From positions 1 to 64,000 of IMG/VR virus record IMGVR_UViG_3300023108_000014: a stretch of 64,000 nucleotides of DNA. One strand, given 5' to 3'. Source of the DNA: a virus. Under the pieces are notes generated by a model. That model was not told the origin of the DNA and ran no database searches. It saw only the letters and a program-made list of their open reading frames with translations. The stretch's first letter is position 1; each line of letters begins with the position of its first letter. Position numbers and translations under genes: made by a program. Of the stretch, positions 1-12,000 are shown piece after piece.

Positions 1-2
1 TC

Positions 3-389
3 GGAAAACTCTCAGTATCAAAAGACGGCGTAGTGGTATTGTGTATCCGAGCGCAACTCAATCAAACACTAATGGCTATCTATACCATACCAGCAGGCAA
101 AACAGGATATCTATATCAAGTGACCAGTACAGGTGAGAAAGACGCAGACTTTTCAGGTTATGTGTATACCCGTATAGGAGGCACAGGATTATTTAGAGCC
201 CAGCATGTTTGGGATGTCACAGGCGGCGGACAATATGTATATAACTTTAGTTTTCCTATCCGTTATCCAGAAAAAACTGACATTGACATAAGAGTTCTAC
301 CACGCGACAACAACCGTAGCACCACAGCCTGTTTTGATATGTTATTAATTGATGACGAACCAGATCATCCTAATTCATATGGTGCATAA
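3..389 (+). CDS. 5'-truncated hypothetical phage protein
   Basis: Frame is open from the window start to TAA at 389; beta-rich sequence; lies upstream of the structural cluster. Confidence 0.5.
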   Translation, partial: GKLSVSKDGVVVLCIRAQLNQTLMAIYTIPAGKTGYLYQVTSTGEKDADFSGYVYTRIGGTGLFRAQHVWDVTGGGQYVYNFSFPIRYPEKTDIDIRVLPRDNNRSTTACFDMLLIDDEPDHPNSYGA

Positions 390-435
390 AGATGCACTAA
401 ATTATAATAAATAATAGTACAATAGGAGATATCAA

Positions 436-582
436 ATGGGTTGGACAAAACATATTGTTTGGGATAACAAGGAACAAACTAAAACTCATGCAGATGAAGA
501 GGATATTGCTCAGCCTGAAAATGCAGACGAAGGCAGTGTTATCTATGATGAAGCAGAAGAATTAGCAAAAGAAGAAGAATAA
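436..582 (+). CDS. small acidic hypothetical protein (48 aa, not in ORF track)
   Basis: TAAATA motif and AGGAG SD upstream; MGWTKHIVWDNKEQ...EELAKEEE*; stop overlaps next ATG. Confidence 0.6.
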   Translation: MGWTKHIVWDNKEQTKTHADEEDIAQPENADEGSVIYDEAEELAKEEE

Positions 583-869
583 TGCGTATTGATGAAATTA
601 CCATAAACATTCCAATTAAGATTGATTTAGATGGAGCCGAACCTAAAGTCAACGTAGCAGGCAAAGATGCTACAGATGATGACATTGAAGACAATCCTGT
701 TATGGTATCACCGCAGCAGCAAGAACTTGAATTGAAAAAAGCAGAACAAGGAAAAGATTCTCCAGTCATTGACAAAATGTTAGATGACGAAGACACAGGC
801 AGTGAAGAAGAAACTGACCAAGACGATAATGTTGATAACCTAAAAACACTTGCAGGACTTGTGAAATAA
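582..869 (+). CDS. acidic hypothetical protein, possible head-internal protein
   Basis: MRIDEI N-terminus resembling a capsid-targeting sequence; LKTLAGL C-terminal motif. Confidence 0.5.
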   Translation: MRIDEITINIPIKIDLDGAEPKVNVAGKDATDDDIEDNPVMVSPQQQELELKKAEQGKDSPVIDKMLDDEDTGSEEETDQDDNVDNLKTLAGLVK

Positions 870-876
870 ATACTGT

Positions 877-1422
877 ATGAGCGGTATTTACAAATTAGGA
901 CCACAGTATAAACCTACAGCAGATATAAGTGATTTTGTTGGAGAGATTGGAGATTTATTTTTCAATCCAAATGATCCTTATCTTAGAATATCCGATGGGT
1001 CTACCCCTGGAGGAGTTAGGGTTGTGCCAGACTTATCAGCAGCAGAAGATGGACAAACTCTAGTCTATAATGCAACATCAAACTCGTTTGAAGGTAGACA
1101 TATTTCTAGAACTGTTCAGTTATTCCAAGATGGCTTGTTAGAAGACACCGAAGGTACCGTAAGATGGTATGCCCCTGCTGCAATAACAGTAGAATCAATT
1201 ACAATGAGAATAGGCGATGTTGCTGACGTAGATGTGCAAATTGATGTCAAGAAAAACGGTAGCGCACAGGAATCAGTCATATTATCCGCTGGTGATCAAA
1301 AAAAGACAAAAACTGTAAGTTTTAACATGGCTGTAGATGACTTTTTAACCGTTGATCTAAGTTGTCCTAGCAACACAATTGGCACTAGACTTAGTGTAGA
1401 GTTTTCCTATACATTCACTTGA
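877..1422 (+). CDS. tail-fibre-associated structural protein
   Basis: GEIGDLFF..LRISDGSTPGG and DGQTLVYN motifs typical of phage fibre proteins; TAAATA upstream. Confidence 0.5.
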   Translation: MSGIYKLGPQYKPTADISDFVGEIGDLFFNPNDPYLRISDGSTPGGVRVVPDLSAAEDGQTLVYNATSNSFEGRHISRTVQLFQDGLLEDTEGTVRWYAPAAITVESITMRIGDVADVDVQIDVKKNGSAQESVILSAGDQKKTKTVSFNMAVDDFLTVDLSCPSNTIGTRLSVEFSYTFT

Positions 1423-1474
1423 TTGATAAATAGATGTATAAAACTTACCATAGTTAACTATTAAGGAATGAATA

Positions 1475-1879
1475 ATGGCAGTCGTATTTACAAACGCAGC
1501 GGAATTGGTAGCCTTAAAGAATTTTTTAAATGCTTTGACGCCAGAATCCCTCGTATTAAAATTATATAGCAACGATGTTACTCCGACTAGTGCCGATGTC
1601 GCAGGTGATTATACAGAAGTTTCAGGAAATGGTTATAGTGCAACAACTTTAACACCCGGAAGCTTTACTTTTACATCAGGTGATCCAGGCAGTGCTGCAT
1701 ATCCACAAGTAACATTTAGTTTCACAGGTGCAGCAGGAAATATTTACGGATACTTTGTTGTTGGAGCAACAAGCGGTGATTTAATGTTTGCTAACAGATT
1801 TAGCAATGCTCCGATTAATATTGCAAACAACGGAGACGAAATCCGTATTACACTAACAATAACATTGAACAACCCTTAA
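1475..1879 (+). CDS. virion structural protein (tail-associated)
   Basis: LKLYSND..EVSGNGY..IYGYFVV pattern seen in phage tail genes; SD and TAAATA upstream. Confidence 0.5.
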   Translation: MAVVFTNAAELVALKNFLNALTPESLVLKLYSNDVTPTSADVAGDYTEVSGNGYSATTLTPGSFTFTSGDPGSAAYPQVTFSFTGAAGNIYGYFVVGATSGDLMFANRFSNAPINIANNGDEIRITLTITLNNP

Positions 1880-1890
1880 GGAGATGATCA

Positions 1891-2256
1891 ATGGCTAAAG
1901 TAAGATCAGACCGCGTAAAAGAAGTTAGTCTATCACAAGGTACCGGCGATTTAGTATTAGCCGGAACAGGTACAGGGTTTGTAACCTTTAGTGCAGAATG
2001 TGCAGACGGAGATACTTTTGATTATGCAGTGACTAATCCAGGCACTGCTGAATGGGAAACAGGTGTAGGAACTTTTAATTCGGGTGCGAATTCTATTACA
2101 AGAACTACAATCTATGCAAGTTCAAACAGTGGGTCTGCAACAAACTTTAGTGCAGGAAATAAACAAGTCTTTATCACAGTCAATAGCGCAAGTTTTGAGG
2201 CTTTTGATAAAGCGCAAGTAAACGCAACGGCACTTGCCATTGCATTAGGTGGGTAA
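1891..2256 (+). CDS. tail-fibre N-terminal-like protein
   Basis: DRVKE..GTG..L.G, WETGVGT and NFSAGNKQVFIT motifs; ALAIALGG end. Confidence 0.55.
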   Translation: MAKVRSDRVKEVSLSQGTGDLVLAGTGTGFVTFSAECADGDTFDYAVTNPGTAEWETGVGTFNSGANSITRTTIYASSNSGSATNFSAGNKQVFITVNSASFEAFDKAQVNATALAIALGG

Positions 2257-2271
2257 AACTAAGGATTAAAA

Positions 2272-5200
2272 ATGGCAAAAAAACTCATACATAAGTATAC
2301 ATTTACTCCAGCAACAAGAACTCTTGTGCTAGATGGAATGTATAATTTAAATAGGTTTTTACTTATTTCAAATTTGACAACAAATGAAACAATTTTTACA
2401 TTTAACGATAATGTAAATGGGTTATCTTCGCATTCAATTAGTAGTACATCAGAAACTACTACAATTGTTTTAGACTTTGATACGACGGCAATGAATGCTA
2501 GTGACGACATCCAAATATTTGTTGAAGATGATGCAAGCACTTTTAGGCCCGAAGAAGCTTTTGTTGATCCAGTTCATAAGTTCCGTGTTAGTAATCCTGA
2601 AAACCTAATCGACACTGACTTTGAATATGGACTACAAAGTTCGAAATGGGAAACACTAGAATTATCAAATAATGTACCTAGTTTCTATGGTAAGAACGGT
2701 GATTACACACTGCTAGGCATTAACATTGTTAGAGCAACTTCTGGCTCAGATATTATCCGTGTTACTTGTACAGATCCTCACAGAATTAGTAAGGGTACTC
2801 CGATTGACGTACAAGGTCTAACAAGTTTGACTGCCGAAGGTAAGTACCTAGTTCTTGATGTCGAGTCTGACTACGTTTTTACTTACACTTGTAGAGGAAT
2901 ACAAGCCGCAACTGCAAACGTAAAAACACCTTATACTACGATTGTTCCTGGACAATTTTATACAGGTGCTGATGTAAACTTTGTAGCCGAAGACGGTATT
3001 CAAACTGATACAGCAAACGAAAGTAAAATTACAGTTACAACTAGCGAAGCACATGGGTTTGAATCAGGTTCTAAATTTTATTTTCTAAACACGGTGTCTC
3101 CAAAAACACTTGTGTTAGATGATATTATGTCTGATACTGCATCGGACGGAGAACTGTATGTAGACATTGTAGATACAGAAACTGCAAACATATCACCTGA
3201 TTTAACAAAAACTGATACAAAGGCTGTAAGAGGTGCTTACGAACTTAGATTTAATGCAGATGCAGTCAGCACAGCAAACGATACCATTACTTGGAATGGT
3301 CATGGTTTTAGAGAAAACGATGCTATCCTTTATGTGAAACCTGCAGGTACTGATTCTCAAATTGGCGGTCTTAACAGTTTAGACTTTTATTGGATTACCA
3401 ATCCAACAACTAACACATTTCAATTGAAGGCAACCGCTACTGGTAGCCCAATAAGTTTTACATCAACTGGCACCTACAATTATGGTGAAGCTGTAATGAT
3501 GATTGCATATGAAATATATTATGGTAGATCACAGTGGTATACTTATAATACATATTGGCGCACACGAGGACAAAATTTTGGCTCGTCAACTAATAACTCG
3601 GGTTGGGATCTAGCACAATCACAATATGGTAAAATGCAATCACGTCCTGATTATACAGTTCCAGTACACGCTCGCAAAAGCAGTACAAGCACAAGTTGGA
3701 GAAACTATCCTTACTACCTATTCAATTATTATGGTACTTATTGGGGACAAAGTTACGACAATGATATGCGTTTAGCAGACAATCATAGCAATTATCCACA
3801 CTCATTTAACTTTGTTGAAGATTTTAATCGTTATAACAATCCGCAGTTTGATTATCCTGCAACCAGCAGTTATTTAAATTGGTCTACTAGTGAAATGTCA
3901 TGGAATAACACAGGTGGCTACTACTATAGCGGTTATTGGTATTTTGGAAGAGGAGACTTTTTCTTTGTTCCTTTAAATGACAATGACGAAGCATACACAT
4001 TCTATGAAGAACAACATGGATTAACAAACGGTCAGTCAATTAATTTTACAACTTCAGGAAATCCTGTTTATTATTACACACACGGACAAGGTAACTATAG
4101 TTCAAACTATACACCGAGTTCTTTAAGTGCAGGAACTTACCTTGTTGAAGTTGTAGACGATAATAGATTTAGAATTAAAAGTGGTACAACTTTGATTAGA
4201 GTTGCAGCAGCCACTGGTACATATACCTTTACAGGTGTGAGACAACGTCCAACACGAGATACATTCTTTATTGAAAATCATGGATTAGCAGAAAACAACA
4301 CTATTACAGCAGGCACAGAATTTGGTGGCAGACTGCCGGATACATCTAGCGGCGAAATTTCATTCACCAGCAGTGATAGTGATTTAGAAATATTCTACAG
4401 TACAATTAACTCTGGTGTAGAAGCATGGAGACAAAGTTTAGCAAGTACAGAAGATATGGTCATGGATGGAACAAGTAGAAATACTCCATTTAGATATGCT
4501 TCGGGTAGTAGCAGCAATACGACAATGCAACAAGGTTTTAATATGTATCTGTACATGTATGACAATACGTGGAGCAGTTGGACAATTAGCGGAAGTAACT
4601 GGAATACTGGCTCTTATGACACAGGAGAAGTTGAAGACGCTGCTCAAGGTTATCCTCCTGCTGGATCAGGCCACGCAGTAATTATGACTCCTTTTGTACA
4701 AGACTCAACAATCGATTTTTGGAGTGCTGCCACAAAAAATCCGCTAAACAGGTACGGTTATTCAAACTTTAGAGTTCAATTTTCAATTTCTAATAGTTAC
4801 ACAATTAACACTAGAAACGTAAACCAAACTAATCCGACTGTATGGACCACTGTAGGTGTAAATGGTGCGACAGGAGGAGTTACAACCGACTGGAGATTTG
4901 CCAGAGTTGCACAGTATGTAAACCCAACAGGAAGAGATTGTATTTTACAAGTTCAATATTCTATTAAGAAAGATAACTGGGATAGTTATAATTTTTATTA
5001 TATGGGATACAATAGAGATAACTCACCTGCATATGCATACTTTACATCAAACAGTTACAACCATTTGAAATACACAGCCTTAATAAGAATTCCAGATGCT
5101 ATTACTATTGATTCTACAATGTTACAAAACTTAGATGCATACGTAATGGATACACTGTACAAAGATTATACATATCCATCATTGACAGCAGGTTCAGACT

Positions 5201-8200
5201 ACAAGGTACAAGTTGTAAATGATAATAGATTTAGACTGAAGTCTACCGCAGGTGTACCTGTAAACCTTACTTCAACTGGTATTACAGGCCCAGCAGGCGA
5301 TACTGCATTCACAATAGGCAATGATGCAACAACTGCATACACAATTGACGGAGTTAATAACGACACTATCTATGTAAAACCTGGATATACCTATACATTT
5401 ACAATTAGTGCAGCAGGACATCCTTTCTGGATACAGACTACAGATCCAGATACAGCAGGATATGATAGTGGAAATACGCTATCAACAGGCGACGGTGTTA
5501 CTAACAATGGTACAGAAAATGGTACCATTACATGGGCAGTTCCAGCGGGTGCCACATTAGGCACTTATTATTATGTTTGTCAAAATCATGCTGGTGCAAT
5601 GAATGGACAAATTATTATAACAGACAGTCCAGGTGCTATTACATTCCTTGATATTACGAACCAAATTGGTACGTTAGATGGAGTATACGAAACTTCTGCT
5701 ATACCTACCAACACCACTTTAGAATTCCAAACAACTTTTAAAGCTGGAAAAAAATCCTTAACAGTTAGTCAAGGCGTTCAAACTGATAATGATTTTATTT
5801 ACATTGCAAACGGTCATACATTAGCAGATGGTACTCCTGTTGTTTATACTTCAAACGGAAATGCAGTTTGGACAAACTTTGTAGAAGGACAAACTTATTA
5901 TGTTACAATCGTAGATGACAAGTATATGCAATTGAGTAGCAGCATTGAAAACAGAAGAGATCTTGTGTATATGGAATTAGACTGGACTGCAATTGCATCA
6001 AGCGACCATATTTTAGAAAGTACAACAGTTAACGGTTTAGTTCCAATAAGTCCTACAGTAGATGTAACATCAGGAAGTTATGTTATTGATGGAGGCGATG
6101 ACAGTATATTCCTTACATATTATAAAGCAGGAGATACTATTATTCTAAAAGATCCATCTACTACTCCTGGTAGACTTGAGACTTATACTATTTCAAGTGT
6201 TGTTGATGATGGTACAATTAACCTAACTGAACCTGTTGCATTTACAAGTGCAAGTGCTGTTCATATGGTTCCTACAAAAATTTACACTAGACCTGACGGT
6301 GCTACTACTCATAGACCATTTGATGGTGGTGTAGAAATTATTGCTGGTAGTGCTCCTGGTTCGCAGATTGTAAGACAAACACGTAAATATTTCCGTTATC
6401 AATCAGGTAAAGGTATTCAAATTAGTTTGGCTATTAACTTTAATCCGCCAATCTTAGTTGAAACTATCAGTGTGGTAACTGATACAAAATGTGAAAGAGA
6501 TATTGAATATATTGCAACCGGCGCCCAATTAGAAACAGCATTAGGTGGCACATTCCAAGCATACTTTAATGGTATTGCTGAGTTAAGAAGTTTATATCTA
6601 AATCCAGTAGTAAATCAACGTATTGAAAAACTAAGAGATGATATTCTTGCTTTACCTCAAGTAGATGACAGTAGTACAGCAGAAGCAAGAGTTACTGCAT
6701 ATTTCACAGAGATTTTAGATATTATTGACAACGATAGAATTGCAGCAGATGCTCCGACTTACACTGATCCTAGTGCAGGTAGAACTTCTGCACAATTAAA
6801 TGCAAGAGATCAATTAGTAGCCAACAAAACGTTCATCAATGCAGAACTAGCAGCATATGCAGCAGATACGTATCCAAACACTACATGGGATACAACTACA
6901 TTGCTAGAAGATATGGAAACATTGACATACGCTCTTGCGTATGATATGAGTTATGGCGGAAACTATGCAACTTATCAGACAGCAATCCTATTGATGTATG
7001 TTACAAACACAAGAGTTTATGGTACTCATCCAACTGAATCTCTAGCAGTTATTAATAGATTTAAGGCTATTGTTGGAGACATTGTCCAAGAAGTTGCAAT
7101 AACTCCAACAACTGGTAACAGTGAAACACAAGACACAAGTGGCACAGCAGCAGGAGCATCAGAAGGTACAGCACTAGAAGGTTTAATTGATATTGCAATT
7201 GACGCAGTTACATATGGAACTAGTGCTACTGAATTTACTGGAACTTATACAAGAACTGAACCAAGTATTACATGGGCAAGCAGTGAATTACAAGACGCAG
7301 CAAATGACATTGATACTAACATGTCAACTCTTAAAGTAAGTTATGCAACAAGAATTCAAACAAAATATCCAAACTATATTAATGCAGGACAACTAATTAA
7401 TATAAGTGATTGTGATGTAGATTACTTCAACGGTGACTATACTGTAACAACTTACATTGATGACTTTACATTCCAATACAGTTTGCCTGGAACACCGCCA
7501 ACATTTAATCCAAGTGGTGTTGTACAGTTCCGTCCTAAGAAATGGCAGAACAGTGCTGTCCGTTGCGGTCTATATGATTTCCAAAACGGATTCTTTTACG
7601 AATATGATGGACAAGATATCTATGCAGTTAGAAGAAACAGCACACTACAGTTAAGTGGTACAGCAAGCGCAACATTTGGTAGCAACGTTGTTTCAGGTAC
7701 TAACACTGATTTTATAGGGCAACTAGCAACAGGTGATATGATTGTTTTACGAGGACAAACCTATAAAGTAACTAGCATAGGTAGTAAAGAAGATATAACC
7801 GTACAACCTAAGTATAAAGGTTCTACTACAGACGGTATTATCATTACCAAAACAGTAGATTATAAAGTTGCGCAAGCAGACTGGAATCTAGATGTTGCAG
7901 ATGGAAATGGTCCTAGTAACTTTAATTTAGATGTTACCAAGATCCAAATGGCTTATATGGACTATTCATGGTATGGTGCTGGTAAAATACGCTTTGGATT
8001 CAAAGACACTTACGGGCATGTAATTTATACACACGAAATGGTGCATAACAACAGAGAAACAGAAGCATATATGCGTTCTGGTAACATTCCTGCTAGATAT
8101 GAAATTGAAAACACAGGCGATACAACTTATCAACCAAGATTGTTCCACTGGGGTACATCGGTTATTATGGACGGTACGTTTGATGACGATAAGGCATATT

Positions 8201-9066
8201 TGTTTACAGCGACAAGTAATACACTATCGTTTACAAACGGTCAAAGTTTAACCGCTACAACTAATAATAATTCGTCAATTGTTGGAGTATACAGTTATAC
8301 ATATAGAACAAGAGAATGGTATGTTGAATTGAGATTCCCTTCAAGTGATGCAACAAAGTTTAGTGTTGGTACTCCACTTTATACAAGTGGCGGAGAACTT
8401 AACGGGGAAGCAGTTTATAGTACTTACTTCTCTGGAAACAATATTATTGTTAGAATCTTTATCGCAAGACAATGGAACCGACCTAGTATCTATCCAATAG
8501 TAAGTAATAGTACACTGGTTAACATAGGTGCGCCGTCGAGCGGAAGTTCAGACCAATCATTGCTGGACGATATTCCGCTCATTAGTATTAGACTTGCACC
8601 AAGTGTTGACAACGGAATTACTGGTAATATTGGTGAACGTGATATTATCAATAGAATGCAGTTGCAATTGAAACAAATTGGTCTTGTGCTTACACATGAC
8701 TGTGAAGTTAGATTGATATTGAATGGTTCATTAAGTAACATTAATTTTGAAAAAGTTCAATCTCCAAGTTTGAGCAATCTTGTTACACATGAAACAGCAG
8801 ATAGCATTACAGGCGGTACACCGATCTTTAGTTTTAGAGCAGCAGGTGGTACTGACACTGGTTCACAGCGTTTGGCTAATGCTACTGACTTTGACCTTAC
8901 TGACATTACTGATTTGGGTAACAGTATATTAGGAGGTGACGGGGTATTTCCAAACGGTCCTGACTTGTTAACAATTGCAGTTCGAGTTATTGATACATCA
9001 GATATTACAGCGTCATCACCGTTTGAGGTTGCAGGGCGAATAACTTGGAGCGAATCACAAGCATAA
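2272..9066 (+). CDS. giant virion structural protein (tail fibre/baseplate-associated), 2264 aa
   Basis: NPENLIDTDFEYGLQ..KWE and RQTRKYFRYQSGKG motifs typical of giant structural proteins of large marine myoviruses; repeated HG[FL]..G modules; embedded cupredoxin-like module. Confidence 0.7.
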   Translation: MAKKLIHKYTFTPATRTLVLDGMYNLNRFLLISNLTTNETIFTFNDNVNGLSSHSISSTSETTTIVLDFDTTAMNASDDIQIFVEDDASTFRPEEAFVDPVHKFRVSNPENLIDTDFEYGLQSSKWETLELSNNVPSFYGKNGDYTLLGINIVRATSGSDIIRVTCTDPHRISKGTPIDVQGLTSLTAEGKYLVLDVESDYVFTYTCRGIQAATANVKTPYTTIVPGQFYTGADVNFVAEDGIQTDTANESKITVTTSEAHGFESGSKFYFLNTVSPKTLVLDDIMSDTASDGELYVDIVDTETANISPDLTKTDTKAVRGAYELRFNADAVSTANDTITWNGHGFRENDAILYVKPAGTDSQIGGLNSLDFYWITNPTTNTFQLKATATGSPISFTSTGTYNYGEAVMMIAYEIYYGRSQWYTYNTYWRTRGQNFGSSTNNSGWDLAQSQYGKMQSRPDYTVPVHARKSSTSTSWRNYPYYLFNYYGTYWGQSYDNDMRLADNHSNYPHSFNFVEDFNRYNNPQFDYPATSSYLNWSTSEMSWNNTGGYYYSGYWYFGRGDFFFVPLNDNDEAYTFYEEQHGLTNGQSINFTTSGNPVYYYTHGQGNYSSNYTPSSLSAGTYLVEVVDDNRFRIKSGTTLIRVAAATGTYTFTGVRQRPTRDTFFIENHGLAENNTITAGTEFGGRLPDTSSGEISFTSSDSDLEIFYSTINSGVEAWRQSLASTEDMVMDGTSRNTPFRYASGSSSNTTMQQGFNMYLYMYDNTWSSWTISGSNWNTGSYDTGEVEDAAQGYPPAGSGHAVIMTPFVQDSTIDFWSAATKNPLNRYGYSNFRVQFSISNSYTINTRNVNQTNPTVWTTVGVNGATGGVTTDWRFARVAQYVNPTGRDCILQVQYSIKKDNWDSYNFYYMGYNRDNSPAYAYFTSNSYNHLKYTALIRIPDAITIDSTMLQNLDAYVMDTLYKDYTYPSLTAGSDYKVQVVNDNRFRLKSTAGVPVNLTSTGITGPAGDTAFTIGNDATTAYTIDGVNNDTIYVKPGYTYTFTISAAGHPFWIQTTDPDTAGYDSGNTLSTGDGVTNNGTENGTITWAVPAGATLGTYYYVCQNHAGAMNGQIIITDSPGAITFLDITNQIGTLDGVYETSAIPTNTTLEFQTTFKAGKKSLTVSQGVQTDNDFIYIANGHTLADGTPVVYTSNGNAVWTNFVEGQTYYVTIVDDKYMQLSSSIENRRDLVYMELDWTAIASSDHILESTTVNGLVPISPTVDVTSGSYVIDGGDDSIFLTYYKAGDTIILKDPSTTPGRLETYTISSVVDDGTINLTEPVAFTSASAVHMVPTKIYTRPDGATTHRPFDGGVEIIAGSAPGSQIVRQTRKYFRYQSGKGIQISLAINFNPPILVETISVVTDTKCERDIEYIATGAQLETALGGTFQAYFNGIAELRSLYLNPVVNQRIEKLRDDILALPQVDDSSTAEARVTAYFTEILDIIDNDRIAADAPTYTDPSAGRTSAQLNARDQLVANKTFINAELAAYAADTYPNTTWDTTTLLEDMETLTYALAYDMSYGGNYATYQTAILLMYVTNTRVYGTHPTESLAVINRFKAIVGDIVQEVAITPTTGNSETQDTSGTAAGASEGTALEGLIDIAIDAVTYGTSATEFTGTYTRTEPSITWASSELQDAANDIDTNMSTLKVSYATRIQTKYPNYINAGQLINISDCDVDYFNGDYTVTTYIDDFTFQYSLPGTPPTFNPSGVVQFRPKKWQNSAVRCGLYDFQNGFFYEYDGQDIYAVRRNSTLQLSGTASATFGSNVVSGTNTDFIGQLATGDMIVLRGQTYKVTSIGSKEDITVQPKYKGSTTDGIIITKTVDYKVAQADWNLDVADGNGPSNFNLDVTKIQMAYMDYSWYGAGKIRFGFKDTYGHVIYTHEMVHNNRETEAYMRSGNIPARYEIENTGDTTYQPRLFHWGTSVIMDGTFDDDKAYLFTATSNTLSFTNGQSLTATTNNNSSIVGVYSYTYRTREWYVELRFPSSDATKFSVGTPLYTSGGELNGEAVYSTYFSGNNIIVRIFIARQWNRPSIYPIVSNSTLVNIGAPSSGSSDQSLLDDIPLISIRLAPSVDNGITGNIGERDIINRMQLQLKQIGLVLTHDCEVRLILNGSLSNINFEKVQSPSLSNLVTHETADSITGGTPIFSFRAAGGTDTGSQRLANATDFDLTDITDLGNSILGGDGVFPNGPDLLTIAVRVIDTSDITASSPFEVAGRITWSESQA

Positions 9067-9084
9067 ACATAGGAGGGGGCTGTC

Positions 9085-12000
9085 GTGTCGACAATTAGTG
9101 AAAACACGATTGCCGAATCCGCAGTCGCTGATACCAGTGTAAATCAAGGTCAATACTTATTTGAGTTTGAAGTAGCAGAACTCGTAGTTTCAGCAACCGA
9201 TAATCAAAGTAGTGGCACTGTTCGATCAGACGATGGTGCCACTGTTTACGATCATTTCAGACCAGCAATACAAGCTTTACAATCACAACAAGCGTCTTTA
9301 GAAATAAACGAAGACACAGACGTTACTGTTATACATAATATAGAAGATACTGCTACCTTTAGTTTAGTCAATGCAGATTCTGCATATGAATTTGAAGGCC
9401 TTATTTTAGAATTCCAAGATGACTTTCCTGGATTACCTGTAGGTCCTATTACTGTAAATGCTATTGGCGATATACAATATGAAGGCGCACAGAATTTCCA
9501 ACCTGCATTAGTAGAACTTTCTATAAATGCAACAGATGATACTATTAAGAGCACAAGCCGTATTACGCAAGGTGCTTTAGAAATTGGTGTAGCGGATAAT
9601 GATGATGGAAGAGCAGCCTATGTAAGGCCGGAAGATGGTAAAGAAGAATGGCCTTGGTTCCGTCCAGCCCTTTCAGTTAGATTAACCGAAACATCAGAAC
9701 TAAGTCTAGGAGCCCTTGCAGGAGATAGCACAGCCTATCTATTTGCAAGCATAGGATTAGATAGACTAGATAGATATGCACACTTACCTATTCTGACAAT
9801 CAGTTATAATCCAATCGGCGCACTACAATACGAAGGTCCTATGGATTATCAACCTAGTATTGGTAACTTGGAAATTGCAGGTACTTCAGAAGATGTTAAG
9901 AGTGTTCAACGTATTACAACTGGTGTTCTAGAAATTGGTGCTACTGATAACCAAGGTCCAGGAACTGTACGTATTGAAGACGGTAAGACAGAATATCCTC
10001 ACTTTAGACCAGCACTAGAAGTTGAGCGCAGTTATGTTACTGAACTAACATTTGGTGCATTAGGCGGTGATAGTACAGCATACTTCTTTGCATCAGCAGG
10101 GATAGATAGGTTGCCTAACTATGCTGGTATTCCTATTTCTCCTATCAGTTTCAACCCAATTGCCACTTTACAATATGAAGGTATAATGGACTATCAGCCT
10201 AGTGGTGGTAGTTTAACATTAGATGTAGATGATGCAATAGCAAATATTTCTGTGATAGTTGATACAGCAACACTAGAAATTGGTGTTGATTGGAACGACG
10301 GTGCTGGTGTTGTTAGAGATAGCGATGGTAAAACAGAATATCCATATTTCCGTCCGGTACTTGAAGTAGATAGAAGCAACGTTACATTTAAATCTCTTGC
10401 AGCAACATCTGAAGAATATAAATTTGAATTTAGTATAGAATACCAAACACTGACAGGAGCTGGTATTCCTATCGGTCCTATCAGTTACAGTTCTATTGCA
10501 GAAGAACAACAGATTGCAGGAGCACTTGCTAACTTTATAGCAGTAGCAGACACAATTGCATTAGAGATTTCTGCAACAGGTGTATTAGGTCAAGGTAGAC
10601 AGACTTATAACTTTAACACTGAATCTGTTGGACTTGAAGTTGCAGCAGATGATACTGTCGTTGCAGTTTATCCAAGAACAGAAATCACAGCATTAGAAAT
10701 TGCAGCATCAGATACAATTGGTAAGGCATTTAATTATTATGACAGTGCATCATTAGGTATACTTACACCTACATCTATAATATCAATTAGCACTACTATT
10801 GAGGTAACACCACTTGTGGTTGGTGCATCTAGTGTAGTTGAAAAAACATTCAATATAGTTGATAGCACTGCACTAGAAATAGATTCTACGCAGCAAACTG
10901 AAGTCACTTACAGTCAACCTACATCTACTATATCAAATGAAATTGATGCAAGTGATACACCAAATATAATTTACATACCTTACCAAGGAATTAAACCGAC
11001 TCAGTCTCTTTCTGTATCTAGTTCCTATAGAAATATTTCACAAAGTGCAGCAGAATATGTTCTAGAATTTAGTTCAACAACAAATCCACTTGTTACTAGA
11101 TTTGCAGATATAGTCAATACACAAAGGAATAACACTGGATACGATTTAAATGATAGCGAAGTTTATATTACTTTCTGGAATCAAGGTACAATACAACACG
11201 CTATTAGGCATGCATCAGTAAGTCAAACGTCTGTAGGATCAAGAAGTTATTATAATTACAACGAACCTAGAGTGCAAGTGTCAACTTTAAACAGTAATCA
11301 GTCCCTAGTAATTGATACAAATCCAAGAGCAATCTCTATCACAGCAGCAACGTTTAATGGTGTTGCTTATAATCTTTCAACTTCTGGATTTGATTTTGAT
11401 GAAATAAGATATTACCAAGGTGATCCTGCAGACAGCGATGATGTTTTGTTATGGTCAGCAAGTATCTACACTGACATTGAAATTGCTGATACTGCAACAT
11501 TTGGATTTACTATAGGCGTAGAAGATACTGTTGAATTAGAAATTAGCGATACAAGTGTAGAAAATGTTCTATATAACTATACAGACTATACACATAACCT
11601 AGGTGAACTAGAAATTGACGAAACACATGTTACAAGTGTATTATACAACTATACAGATTATACCCATAACCTAGGTGAATTAGAATTATCCGCAAGCAGC
11701 GTAGAAAGTCAAACCTATAAATTTGAAGACACAACTAATTTAGGAATACTTTCAGCAAGTGACAATGAAATCACTTATGTATTTGACAATACTCCGTTCT
11801 TTGAAATGGATGCTTCAGAAACACAGAGTAATACACTTAATAGCATAGAAACTTCAAATTTAGAAATTGAAGCAACTGCAACTATCATTAGAGCATATGT
11901 ATTCGATGATACAGCAAGTTTAGGAATACTTTCAGCAAGTGATAATGAAATCACTTATGCATTTGATAATATTCCATTCTTTGAACTAGATGCTTCAGAA

